Shown piece after piece: positions 17,890 through 26,793 of a DNA stretch of 64,000 nt. The notes below the pieces were generated by a model. The model was not told the DNA's origin. It ran no database searches and saw only the letters and a program-made list of their open reading frames with translations. Made by a program: the position numbers and the translations under genes. This stretch comes from Bacillota bacterium (lineage in GTDB: Bacteria; Bacillota; Dethiobacteria; DTU022). The stretch's first letter is position 1, and every line of letters begins with the position of its first letter. The stretch lies in NCBI GenBank assembly GCA_030611385.1, contig JAUWPV010000007.1:7249-71248 (forward strand). Direction: 5' to 3'.

Positions 17890-20613
17890 TTAATTCATTG
17901 TGCCATCTTCACCGCGGATTTGTAAAAGGTGCTGCTGCGCTTCTTCGTAATAAGTGTCGCCGTCCTGAATAATTTCAAAATACTGCTCCGCTTTCTTAAA
18001 ATCCTGGAGCAAATAATGGGTCCGCCCGAAAACGTAAGCCAGCGGATAATTGTCACCATATCTTTCCTGCATCACAATTTCAATATCCAATATTTCTGCG
18101 AGATATGACTCCGCCTCTCTAGGGTTGCCTTCACTCATGTAATATTCGGCAAGGCGTAGACGGGCCCACCCGGATTGTAAGTAAGTTGTAACTGAGAAAG
18201 GACGCAAGTTAATCATTTGGTCAATATAACCCAAACCCATTTCCACATCCACATAAGTCAGGAGCAGTTCTCCGTAGCGATAGATATAGCGGGGATTCAA
18301 AGGTTCAAGCTCATAGGCTCTCTGTGCCATAAATATGATCGTCTGCATGTCACCCGGAGTCTGAGAAATCCGGGCCTGCTCATTATAGATGACATTAAGA
18401 TTATGATAGTTCTCCGCACGCAAAGGATCCCGACGAACAGCCTTTTCCATCTCGATGACAGCCTGCTTGAGATTCCCCTGTTCAATAAACTTCTGTGAGC
18501 GCCAGGTGCAGTAATAGCCACTATTCAAAATCAGTGTATAGATCAGCAAAAACAGCCCCACAATCACACCGGCAATTCCAATTAACAGGCCACTACTGCC
18601 TGAACCGCTATTTTTCTTTTTGAGTCTCTGGAACCAGGGAATGTTATCCATACTTCGGCCCGCTCCAAGCAGGGCAAACAGGAAGATGCCCACCGCGGCC
18701 ATTGAAAAATTCCAGTCAATAACACTGTGTGCCCCGAGAGCCGCAACTGGCAGGAAAGCTGCCGTCCAAAACTGCCACATCCGGGGAGAAGCTTTTTCTT
18801 TTATGCAATTGCGGATAAAAATAACCGCGAAACTAATCCAGATGCCGAGAAAAGCAAGAAAACCAAATACCCCGGCCTCAACCCAAACCTGCAAGTAATG
18901 ATTGTGCACTTCCTTAGAAAAATATACTTGTTCCTGGTAGCCCTGGTAGAGTGCGGCCCAGCCGCCTCCACCGGTTCCCAAAATAGGATAATCCCTGATA
19001 ATTTTGAGCGCATCGCTGAAATAATCAAACCGACGATCCACGTTTATGTTACGGCCGAAAGAGAAGATTCTGTCGTAAAACCGCTGCGGTAAAATACGGC
19101 TCAATGTGAAGCGTAATGTTTGTTCCTGCTCGCCCGTGCTGAGAATTACTGAACGGGCAGCAGCAGATGTGCCTGAATATTGGTTGTAGAAGTGAACTTC
19201 AAGCCGAGTCATCTCTTCACTGGTTTGAAATATAAAAGTTTTTTCTTCCCAACCGTCTGTTACACCACCCTGGTGGTCTATCAGGGTTACGTATCTATAA
19301 CCAGGGACTCCACCAAGGACACTGATACCCCAAACATATTCAGGCTGTTCAGCTCCCGGCAGCAAATCTTGTTCGGCATTGACCTCCAGCAAAAACTTGT
19401 AAGTTTCACCTGCTTCAACATTCTCGATTACCTGCTCAATACTCTGAACTTGTGCCGATTCTTCAATAGAACGTTCCAGATGTAGTGGCGCCAATATCGG
19501 GATCACTACAATAATAATGATCACCGTTATTGCTACAACTACTCCTGCCCCAGCCATAACAAAACGCAGCTTACGACTCTGGCCCAGGTATAGTTCCACT
19601 AATGCTCCCATGATCATAGCAACAATAACAGCCGCTATAATTACAAGCCAGGCCCGACCTGGTTCAGTTGATCTAAAAATTGGATCGACCATTAAAGCGG
19701 CCGGTATTGCCACTACAAAAGTCACCAACAAATAGAAGAAAGAACGAAGTTTCTCACCGGGTGCAGCTGCCACCACCAGGAGCAGCGCCAGAGGCAATAA
19801 TAACAACCAGGCACCCCGGGAAAAAGTGAGAATAGTTGTCATCAGCATCAGTGTTGCCGGGGCGATATAAAGCACCTTTAACCACTTGGCGGCAAGGGGG
19901 GCAAGACCAAGTGTCAGGAAATAAGCAGCCATCAGGTAAGCAGCGGCAGTATTTGCATAACCCATTGGAGAAGCAATGCGGTTACCTGCATAAGCACCAA
20001 TAAAATCCCAGTTTCCGGCAGCGACACCAAGGCTGGCAATGGTAACAACTATTGCTGCAGCCATCGTTAAGTGCAACATGAGGTTAACACCTGGAGAAGT
20101 TTCGGGCCTGCCGCCTGTATCTTCCTGATCCTGATTGATATTCCTAACTTTTGCAAACCAGTGTCGGCAAATATCGGCAACCACCAGGTAAATAACAATG
20201 TAAGCAGCTATTTTAAGGAGCTCTTCAAGCGCTTCCCGCTTATTGACCGCAACAAAAAATGATACCGCGTAAGCAATGAGCAGCACTGCCAGACAAAGGT
20301 CTAAAGGGCTGCCAATCAATCTGTCGTCTTTTCGAAAATGCCGAAAACAACCCCAGAATATAAGCAGGCCGAAAATAGCTGCTTGCGCAAAAAGAAGTTC
20401 CCGTGTAAAAAAAAGTCCCCGATAAAACGGGCCGATAAATAATAAAAGCGCTACAGCGGTAAGCATAATTACCAGTGTAACTCTCTCAACCCATTTCGGG
20501 ATCTGATCCATACTGAGTGATTCAATAAAAGAAGTATCCCTGCCTGTGCTTTTTTTGCCCGCAGGAACTTTTCCTCTGATCTTTTTCCCCTTTGTGGATG
20601 CTTTTCGCGCCAA
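17890..20613 (-). CDS. O-antigen ligase-like (Wzy_C) polytopic membrane protein with C-terminal TPR repeats
   Basis: 907 aa with many TM helices. Wzy_C-type segment (TILTFSRGAWLLLLP). C-terminal repeat region with TPR-like spacing. Confidence 0.6.
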   Translation of the reverse strand: MARKASTKGKKIRGKVPAGKKSTGRDTSFIESLSMDQIPKWVERVTLVIMLTAVALLLFIGPFYRGLFFTRELLFAQAAIFGLLIFWGCFRHFRKDDRLIGSPLDLCLAVLLIAYAVSFFVAVNKREALEELLKIAAYIVIYLVVADICRHWFAKVRNINQDQEDTGGRPETSPGVNLMLHLTMAAAIVVTIASLGVAAGNWDFIGAYAGNRIASPMGYANTAAAYLMAAYFLTLGLAPLAAKWLKVLYIAPATLMLMTTILTFSRGAWLLLLPLALLLVVAAAPGEKLRSFFYLLVTFVVAIPAALMVDPIFRSTEPGRAWLVIIAAVIVAMIMGALVELYLGQSRKLRFVMAGAGVVVAITVIIIIVVIPILAPLHLERSIEESAQVQSIEQVIENVEAGETYKFLLEVNAEQDLLPGAEQPEYVWGISVLGGVPGYRYVTLIDHQGGVTDGWEEKTFIFQTSEEMTRLEVHFYNQYSGTSAAARSVILSTGEQEQTLRFTLSRILPQRFYDRIFSFGRNINVDRRFDYFSDALKIIRDYPILGTGGGGWAALYQGYQEQVYFSKEVHNHYLQVWVEAGVFGFLAFLGIWISFAVIFIRNCIKEKASPRMWQFWTAAFLPVAALGAHSVIDWNFSMAAVGIFLFALLGAGRSMDNIPWFQRLKKKNSGSGSSGLLIGIAGVIVGLFLLIYTLILNSGYYCTWRSQKFIEQGNLKQAVIEMEKAVRRDPLRAENYHNLNVIYNEQARISQTPGDMQTIIFMAQRAYELEPLNPRYIYRYGELLLTYVDVEMGLGYIDQMINLRPFSVTTYLQSGWARLRLAEYYMSEGNPREAESYLAEILDIEIVMQERYGDNYPLAYVFGRTHYLLQDFKKAEQYFEIIQDGDTYYEEAQQHLLQIRGEDGTMN

Positions 20614-20780
20614 ACTTTATCTCCCCCTAGCAAATGCTATTTCTTTCTACACAGATGAGCCTATTCCTTCATATAATAAATTAATCGCCCGGTAAATACG
20701 TAAATACTATTCTTTTCGCCGCTAATAATCAGAAACGATCCCGAAAATCGCAATACTAACAGGTGAATAAAAATGAAAGG

Positions 20781-20808
20781 CTGCCCTGATATAACACGGC
20801 AGCCTCAG
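20781..20808 (-). terminator. intrinsic terminator after the beta-helix lipoprotein gene
   Basis: Stem GGCTGCC/GGCAGCC followed on the minus strand by TTTCATTTTTATT. Confidence 0.5.
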
Positions 20809-20877
20809 AGAACATGGAACGCTCTGGTTCACTATATAAAGTTTCCGGAATAATTCATCAAACCAAAGGACAGCATA

Positions 20878-22296
20878 CTAATCCTGGTAAATATCGTCAG
20901 GCACATTGCCCAGATAGGTATTATTATCTGGACTGTTCAGTAGCGGAGAAGCACCCTCTGAAAAATGCATTGCCCCACCCTGGTTAGCCCGGTTACCCTC
21001 AAAGTTATTGTTGAAAACAGACACAAACGCATCTAAGAGAGCATAGATTCCACCGCCATCACGTCTGGCCTCATTATTATTGATATTGTTACCAGATATG
21101 GTTGGCTCAGATGATTGGACAAAGATCGCGGCGCCATTGCGTTCAGCGTAGTTCCCTGTAATATCGTTGCCGGATATTTCCGGGTTTGACTCCTCATTGA
21201 TCACTATTCCACCACCCAGATTTGCTCGGTTGTCTGAAATAGTGTTACCGCTGATCAGGGGAGCAGAATTACTATAAATTGAGATTCCGCCGCCGGCATC
21301 GGCTACATTGCCAATTATGCTATTATCGGTCAGCACTACAGAAGATTCAGCAAACATGGCAATTCCCCCACCTAAAGGACCGGCGTTGTTGTCAGAGATG
21401 TTATTACCGGTTATTTGCGGAGATGCTTTAATCAGGTAGAAACCACCACCATCCACGATAGCTGAGTTGTTACTGATATTGTTATTATTAATACTGGGGC
21501 TGGATTCAAAAATTGAAAAAGCGCCGCCACTGTCTGCCCGGTTATCTGATATGGTGTTTCCTACGAATATTGATGGAGTATCTCCTTCACCACTGACGGC
21601 AAAACCGCCACCGCTGCGGCCGGCAGAATTGTTTTTAACTATATTATCTTCAACTTTTGCAGCAGAGTTAGCTATAAATATTCCGCCGCCACCACCAGTG
21701 GATATGTTATCGCTAACCGTATTATTAATAATGTCCGGCGATGAAGCATAACTGAAAACACCCCCACCGCGTTCGGCAACATTATTGTCAATTATATTGT
21801 TTGATATTGTTGGCGAACTGTTATTGAGAATTAAAACACCGCCACCATAAAGTGAGGGGATTTCTCTCATTTCCCCTTCTACTTCAAATTCAAGTATTTC
21901 CATGCTGCCGCTACCTCCGGTTATAGTAAAACCGGTAATTACAGCTAACTCGCTTTCTCCGCTTTTAAAAATAACGGCAGAACCGATCCCACCGGCATCT
22001 ATTATCGTTTCTTCAACAACAGTCTGATCATCAGGATCAATGCTTTGCAGCGTCACATTTTTGCCGTTAAAATTAATATGTTCGTAATAGGTTCCCGGTC
22101 TGACTACAATAACATCACCATCTACTGCTGCATCAATTGCTTCCTGTATTGTGGTGTATTGATCGGGAACAGTGATTGCGCCTTCAATAATTTTACCGCC
22201 GTTATTGCAGCCGGTAATTATAGTAGCCAGAGCGATGAGTAGAACTACGTACATAAACCAATATAATGGATGCTGTTTACGCTTACATTTATTCAT
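20878..22296 (-). CDS. right-handed parallel beta-helix repeat lipoprotein (NosD/pectate-lyase-like fold)
   Basis: Signal peptide with lipobox ITGC. Many tandem NxxxNxIxxN-type beta-helix repeats rich in G/N/S. ATG at 22296 follows a GGAGG RBS; the ORF extends to a TTG at 22326. Confidence 0.65.
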   Translation of the reverse strand: MNKCKRKQHPLYWFMYVVLLIALATIITGCNNGGKIIEGAITVPDQYTTIQEAIDAAVDGDVIVVRPGTYYEHINFNGKNVTLQSIDPDDQTVVEETIIDAGGIGSAVIFKSGESELAVITGFTITGGSGSMEILEFEVEGEMREIPSLYGGGVLILNNSSPTISNNIIDNNVAERGGGVFSYASSPDIINNTVSDNISTGGGGGIFIANSAAKVEDNIVKNNSAGRSGGGFAVSGEGDTPSIFVGNTISDNRADSGGAFSIFESSPSINNNNISNNSAIVDGGGFYLIKASPQITGNNISDNNAGPLGGGIAMFAESSVVLTDNSIIGNVADAGGGISIYSNSAPLISGNTISDNRANLGGGIVINEESNPEISGNDITGNYAERNGAAIFVQSSEPTISGNNINNNEARRDGGGIYALLDAFVSVFNNNFEGNRANQGGAMHFSEGASPLLNSPDNNTYLGNVPDDIYQD

Positions 22297-22338
22297 CGAA
22301 AAACCTCCATTCAACCTTTTAGACAACTTTTATGATAA

Positions 22339-22372
22339 GGGTTTTCAGGCGTTTCATCCTACCCGAAAACCC
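22339..22372 (-). terminator. hairpin immediately downstream of tRNA-Ala
   Basis: GGGTTTTC/GAAAACCC 8-bp stem 6 nt after the CCA end, followed by TTATCAT. Confidence 0.45.
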
Positions 22373-22378
22373 TTACCC

Positions 22379-22454
22379 TGGTGGACGTGAGGGGACTCGA
22401 ACCCCTGACCTCTTGAATGCGAGCCAAGTGCTCTCCCAGCTGAGCTACACGCCC
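22379..22454 (-). tRNA. tRNA-Ala (anticodon CGC)
   Basis: Cloverleaf with a G3:U70 identity pair, anticodon loop CTCGCAT, T-loop TTCGAGT, encoded CCA. Confidence 0.9.
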
Positions 22455-22464
22455 TCGCACGGGT

Positions 22465-22493
22465 ATTATAGCAAATAGCGATCGATTAAGCAA
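22465..22493 (-). promoter_or_regulatory. sigma-70-type promoter of tRNA-Ala
   Basis: TTGCTT, 17-nt spacer, TATAAT on the minus strand, ending about 10 nt before the tRNA 5' end. Confidence 0.55.
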
Positions 22494-22958
22494 GGGAGAG
22501 TGAATTACAATAATTGCCATAACCAAAAATAAAAAAAGCTTGTTTTCCAATTAAACAAACTCTTTATAAATAAAATATTACTGCACCTCTAAGGCTATTT
22601 ATTGGTGATGTTTGCTGGACGAAATCCGAACTCATTTTGAGAAAAATTCGCAAGCGGATTTTTAATCCCAACCCAGCGTTTCCGCTCGCCTGACGGCGAG
22701 CAAAACAGAAAAATTTTCTAAACATTTTTTAATCGCCCCTTTGCAAATTTTTTTCAATTAAGGAAACGAAAATTTTTCTGTTTTGATATTCTGCTAACGC
22801 AGAATTGCGGAAACGCTTTCCCACCCCATTGTCCGCCTTCGGCGGACTGGCAGGCGGGCAAAAATTCATTTTCCCCACACCCCTTTTTCTTTTTGCCCGC
22901 CTGCTTATTCACGTTCTGATTTAAAGTTTTATTGCTTCTGATTTTTCTCTAACATTTC

Positions 22959-23075
22959 GGACTATACGAAGTCCCGAAGGGATTTGGGCGAGTGAAACCA
23001 ACCGTATAGCCCGTATTATATGACCCCAACGAAGTGAGGGCAAGCAACCGAAGGTTGCACAGCGTTGCGGCGAGC
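22959..23075. repeat. structured ~120-nt module, copy 1 (immediately 3' of the hydrolase gene)
   Basis: Shares ordered blocks with 23972-24105 (TATACGAAG, ATTTGGG-GAG, CCGTATA, TTATATGACCC, GAAGTG). Internal long-range stem CTATACG/CGTATAG plus local hairpins TCCCGAAGGGA and GCAACCGAAGGTTGC. Confidence 0.45.
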
Positions 23076-23079
23076 ATAA

Positions 23080-23904
23080 TCATAGTTCAACTCCTTTAAG
23101 AAATTTTTCCAGTGCCTTATTGAATTCTTCAGGGTTTTCCATGTTTGATGTATGTCCTGCGTTAGGTATTACAACCATCGAAGAATTGTCTATCAGATCC
23201 TTCATTTTTTCTGAATGTTCAAAAATTGATTTTGATTCGAATTCACTATTGATTATTAAGACAGGGACTTTTATTCTAGATAGTTCTTGAAGTTTAAAAT
23301 CATATAATCCCGCAAATATTTTATTGAACTCTTTGACATCAAATTTCATCATCTCTTCTTTTTCATATTCTATGATGCGTTCGTCCAGACCTACCCATTC
23401 CTTGCCACGAGATTTTTTCGTATACCAAAAAGCAAAGTGAGTATATCTTTTTACTCCCAATAATCGAACTATTAATAGAAACATCCATTTAGGTGCTAAA
23501 ATATATTTGATTATCTTATCGCTAAGTGTGAGTTCAGTGGAAATGGCAGTATTTGAAAGTGTTAGTGTTTTTATATTATCTAAATACTTTACTGCATAGG
23601 GTTGGGCTATCATTCCACCCATAGAAAGTCCACAGATAATAGGTCTCTCTATCTGAAGTTCATCCAGTAATTTTTTTAGGTCATCAGCAAACATTTCCAT
23701 TGAATATTTCTTCTTTGAAGAGCCTCCCGTATTTCCGTGTCCCCTTACATCATAAGTTATTACTTTATAATTTTTTGAGAAATGTTCTACCTGGGGTTTC
23801 CACATCTTATGGTCTACCCAACCACCATGTATAAAAACCAATGGGTAACCCTCTCCGTGAATTTCATAATAGGTCATGATGTCATTAGTCTTTATCTTTG
23901 GCAT
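23080..23904 (-). CDS. alpha/beta hydrolase fold protein
   Basis: 274 aa. Nucleophile elbow GLSMGG. HG oxyanion-hole region (VFIHGGW). About 27% GC, far below the surrounding ~55%. Confidence 0.75.
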   Translation of the reverse strand: MPKIKTNDIMTYYEIHGEGYPLVFIHGGWVDHKMWKPQVEHFSKNYKVITYDVRGHGNTGGSSKKKYSMEMFADDLKKLLDELQIERPIICGLSMGGMIAQPYAVKYLDNIKTLTLSNTAISTELTLSDKIIKYILAPKWMFLLIVRLLGVKRYTHFAFWYTKKSRGKEWVGLDERIIEYEKEEMMKFDVKEFNKIFAGLYDFKLQELSRIKVPVLIINSEFESKSIFEHSEKMKDLIDNSSMVVIPNAGHTSNMENPEEFNKALEKFLKGVEL

Positions 23905-23971
23905 ATTTATTCTAACCTCTTGTTAATTTAATAAATTTCCTATAGCCTGCCGCAATGTCATATAACGTTAG

Positions 23972-24105
23972 GGATATACGAAGTTTTTCTGGAACGAAGT
24001 GGAAGAAAAATTTGGGTGAGGGGCGAGCCGAACCCCGAACCGTATATCCTTTGTTATATGACCCGAACGGAACGTAGTGGAGTGAGAGCGCAGCGAGGCT
24101 TTAGC
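23972..24105. repeat. structured ~120-nt module, copy 2 (immediately 3' of the cysteine synthase gene)
   Basis: Diverged copy of 22959-23075. Equivalent stem GGATATACG/CGTATATCC carries a compensatory C-G to A-T exchange relative to copy 1. Confidence 0.45.
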
Positions 24106-24145
24106 GTATTTTGGTGGCAATTTATTCTTCTTGTATCTAAAACTT

Positions 24146-25063
24146 TTATTTTTCATTGAATAAATTAGTGGTCAAATATTTTTCTCCCCTATCTGGAAAA
24201 ATGACTATTATTACTCCCGATTTAATTTTCTTGGCTATTTCTATCGCAGCATACATGGCCGCTCCGCTACTCATTCCAACAAAAATTCCTTCTTTTTTAA
24301 CAATTTGTCTTGTTATTTCAAATGCAGCTTCTGTTTCAACCAGGATTGTTTCATCAATTTCTGAAGGGTCGTAAATTGATGGCACTATCGCTTCTTCCAT
24401 GTTTTTTAATCCTTGTATATAATGGCCTTTTACTGGATGCGCACAAACAATTTTTATTTTGGGGTTGTTTTCTTTAAGGGCTTTCCCTACTCCCATGATT
24501 GTGCCTGAAGTCCCTATTGCAGAAACGAAATAGTCAATTTTACCATTTGTTTGTTTCCAAATTTCCTCACCTGTTGTTTTATAATGTGCAATCATGTTAT
24601 ATTTATTTGAAAACTGATCTGGCATAAAATATTTTTTAGGATTTGCTTTAACAAGTTCTCTTGCTTTAATTATCGCGCCGTCAGTTCCCAATTTTGCATC
24701 GGTTAATGTAACTTTTGCACCAAAAGACTCAATCATTTTTATTCTTTCAACAGATACTGCTTTGCTCATAACAATTTCAACATCATACCCTTTTACTACT
24801 CCAATCATTGCTAATCCAATACCTGTATTTCCAGAAGTCGGTTCAATTATTGTTTTTCCTTTTACTAATGAACTTTCTGCCTCTGCTTGCTCAATCATCT
24901 TCAAGGCAATTCTGTCTTTTATACTGCCAGTAGGATTATTCCCCTCAATTTTAGCGTAAATAGTAACATTTTTGTTTGGATTCAATCTATTTATCCTAAC
25001 AAGAGGGGTATTTCCAATGGTTTGTAAGATATTTTCGTATATCATAATGTGATTCAACCCCAA
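24146..25063 (-). CDS. cysK: cysteine synthase (O-acetylserine sulfhydrylase, CysK/CysM family)
   Basis: PLP-binding Lys region (NPTGSIKDR). TSGNTGIGLA and GTSGT glycine-rich motifs. About 37% GC. Confidence 0.7.
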   Translation of the reverse strand: MGLNHIMIYENILQTIGNTPLVRINRLNPNKNVTIYAKIEGNNPTGSIKDRIALKMIEQAEAESSLVKGKTIIEPTSGNTGIGLAMIGVVKGYDVEIVMSKAVSVERIKMIESFGAKVTLTDAKLGTDGAIIKARELVKANPKKYFMPDQFSNKYNMIAHYKTTGEEIWKQTNGKIDYFVSAIGTSGTIMGVGKALKENNPKIKIVCAHPVKGHYIQGLKNMEEAIVPSIYDPSEIDETILVETEAAFEITRQIVKKEGIFVGMSSGAAMYAAIEIAKKIKSGVIIVIFPDRGEKYLTTNLFNEK

Positions 25064-25080
25064 AAACTATGCTTTAACTA

Positions 25081-25903
25081 CTAACCGTAGCACAACCTGC
25101 TCCGGCAGAATCGAAACAACCGCGTAAAACGGTGAAAAATAAAAGCCAAAGAAAGGGTCTTCGCCTCAGTTCTTTGGCAATACCGGAAGAACGACCGGAA
25201 GTTTAAGGCCATCACCTTGAAGTGGTCCCAGGTGGAAGTTCGAACCAGGCCTCTTACCGGTGGGCCATCAATATCATAAGCCCTGCAGTACTGAAGGCAC
25301 CCCTTCAACCCCGGCCCGGAAATCGGCCAGGGCCCGGTGCCAGTCGGTGCCGATCAGGCTCCGGTAGCGGTCGGCGATCAGTTTCTTTTCGGTAATCCTT
25401 AAAGCAAAAGCTTTCTTCTGTTCTTTGACAATACAGCTGCCGAACAGCGAACACTTTGCACAATCCTCTTTGGCAAACTTCGCCGAGTAGAGTTCCTGCT
25501 TGCAATTGTACTATGTATGAAGCTGTTTGATGCCGGCGGGACAGGCGGTCACCTGATTCGTCTCTTTGTCGATCGTGAACCGGTCCGCACTGATTTTGTT
25601 CGCAGGAGACAGTCTGCCGTTTAAGGCCGAGAAGCTTAAGATGATCTCTTCTTCCTCGGCACTTAACACAATGTCTTTCGAATAGAAGGCGCCGTCTGAA
25701 GCCAGTATTTTTACGCCCTTTAAATCTTTTCCCAGGGCGCTTATGCCGAGTTCAGCGTCGCTTACGCTATTGGGCCTTCTTTCGATGAAAAATTTTCTCA
25801 AAAAAATCGGCTCGAACCGCCGCCTTACGGCGGGACGACTGGAAATTGATTTCAAAAAACCTTTTAATTTACTCACAAATCTGCCTGCCGAAGCCCGAGC
25901 CAC
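25081..25903 (-). pseudogene. frameshifted, N-terminally truncated IS1182/IS5-like transposase remnant
   Basis: Three consecutive ORFs in different frames. Middle-region motif FTIDKETNQVTACPAGIKQ, a downstream Cys-rich segment, and a DDE-region-like ILASDGAFYSKD. Confidence 0.4.
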
Positions 25904-25939
25904 AGGCGAGGGCGAGGCGGAAAACTCGTCAAATCGTAT

Positions 25940-26293
25940 TTGGTGGAGGCGGCGGGAATCGAACCCGCGTCCGAAGGCACAGCTACAGGAGTTTCTACAA
26001 GCTTAGCTTCGGTTTTGTTTCTCGCGCCGCTGGCTCCCCGAAACAGGATCCTTCAGCACCAGCCTCGTTAGATTTCCCGTTACAGAGGTAAGGCGACCGC
26101 TGTAGCAGTAGACCGGATTAGTGACACTCCTGATCTTTCCCCCGGCCGGGGAAAGGAGGAATGCGCTACTTTAGATTAAGCAGCGAGTGCTAATTTAGGT
26201 TTGGCGTTTATAGCCGTTCCATGTTTTAACCAGGACATGGTCCTGGACTTGCCGCTCCTGCTTCCACAACCCCCGTCGAATCCTTACGCCCCC
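25940..26293 (-). ncRNA. ssrA: tmRNA (SsrA)
   Basis: 5' end GGGGGCGTAAGGATTCGACGGGGG. 3' tRNA-like end GGACGCGGGTTCGATTCCCGCCGCCTCCACCA. Internal tag reading frame ending ...GCA CTC GCT GCT TAA (…LALAA). Lies directly downstream of smpB. Confidence 0.9.
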
Positions 26294-26298
26294 AATTT

Positions 26299-26793
26299 TT
26301 AACCTTCTTTTTGTTTGTCCCGGAAAGCCCTTTCCATTTCGCGCTTGCTGTCGCGCTCGGCAATATCTCGCCGCTTATCATAGAGTTTCTTGCCCCGGGC
26401 CAGGCCTAATTCAATTTTAACCAGTCCTCTTTTCAGGTAAATCTTCAAAGGAACCAGTGCAAAACCCTTTGTTTTAATTTTACCAGCCAGGCGACCGATC
26501 TCGATTTTACGCATCAGCAGCTTGCGGATACGCAGCGGATCATGATTAAAGCGGTTACCCTGTTCGTAAGGGCTTATATGCATATTATACAGGAAAATCT
26601 CGCCCCCTTCAACCTTCGCATAGCTGTCTTTGAGGTTAACCCGGGTACCGCGCACAGACTTGACTTCGGTGCCGGTTAGAACTATTCCGGCTTCAAAAGT
26701 CTCTTCAATGTGATAATCGTGCCGTGCTTTACGGTTACTGCTGATTACTTTATCCAAGTTTTCTATGCTCCATTTTAGAGGGGCTTGCCCCAT
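26299..26793 (-). CDS. smpB: SsrA-binding protein
   Basis: 164 aa with the canonical SmpB sequence ([12 protein letters not shown]…). Confidence 0.9.
   Translation of the reverse strand: MGQAPLKWSIENLDKVISSNRKARHDYHIEETFEAGIVLTGTEVKSVRGTRVNLKDSYAKVEGGEIFLYNMHISPYEQGNRFNHDPLRIRKLLMRKIEIGRLAGKIKTKGFALVPLKIYLKRGLVKIELGLARGKKLYDKRRDIAERDSKREMERAFRDKQKEG

Noticed and set aside
22359-22550. 63-aa ORF on the minus strand
   Set aside because: Overlaps tRNA-Ala and its promoter. Spurious.
22555-23079. Assignment to a named large ncRNA class (OLE, ROOL, GOLLD, RNase P, 6S)
   Set aside because: No recognisable conserved core sequence (for example no GGAAAGUCCGG of RNase P). Class membership cannot be supported without a covariance-model search.
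22945-24115. Integron-like cassette array (gene followed by an attC-like imperfect palindrome, twice)
   Set aside because: The architecture is reminiscent of cassettes, but there is no intI integrase and no attI site. Candidate core sites (CTCTAAC, GTTAGAG, CTAACGTT) do not form proper inversely complementary R''/R' pairs at module ends. Kept only as a structural analogy.
25743-26091. Two short plus-strand ORFs (25743-26006, 25846-26091)
   Set aside because: They lie inside or overlap the tmRNA gene and the transposase remnant. No coding signal.
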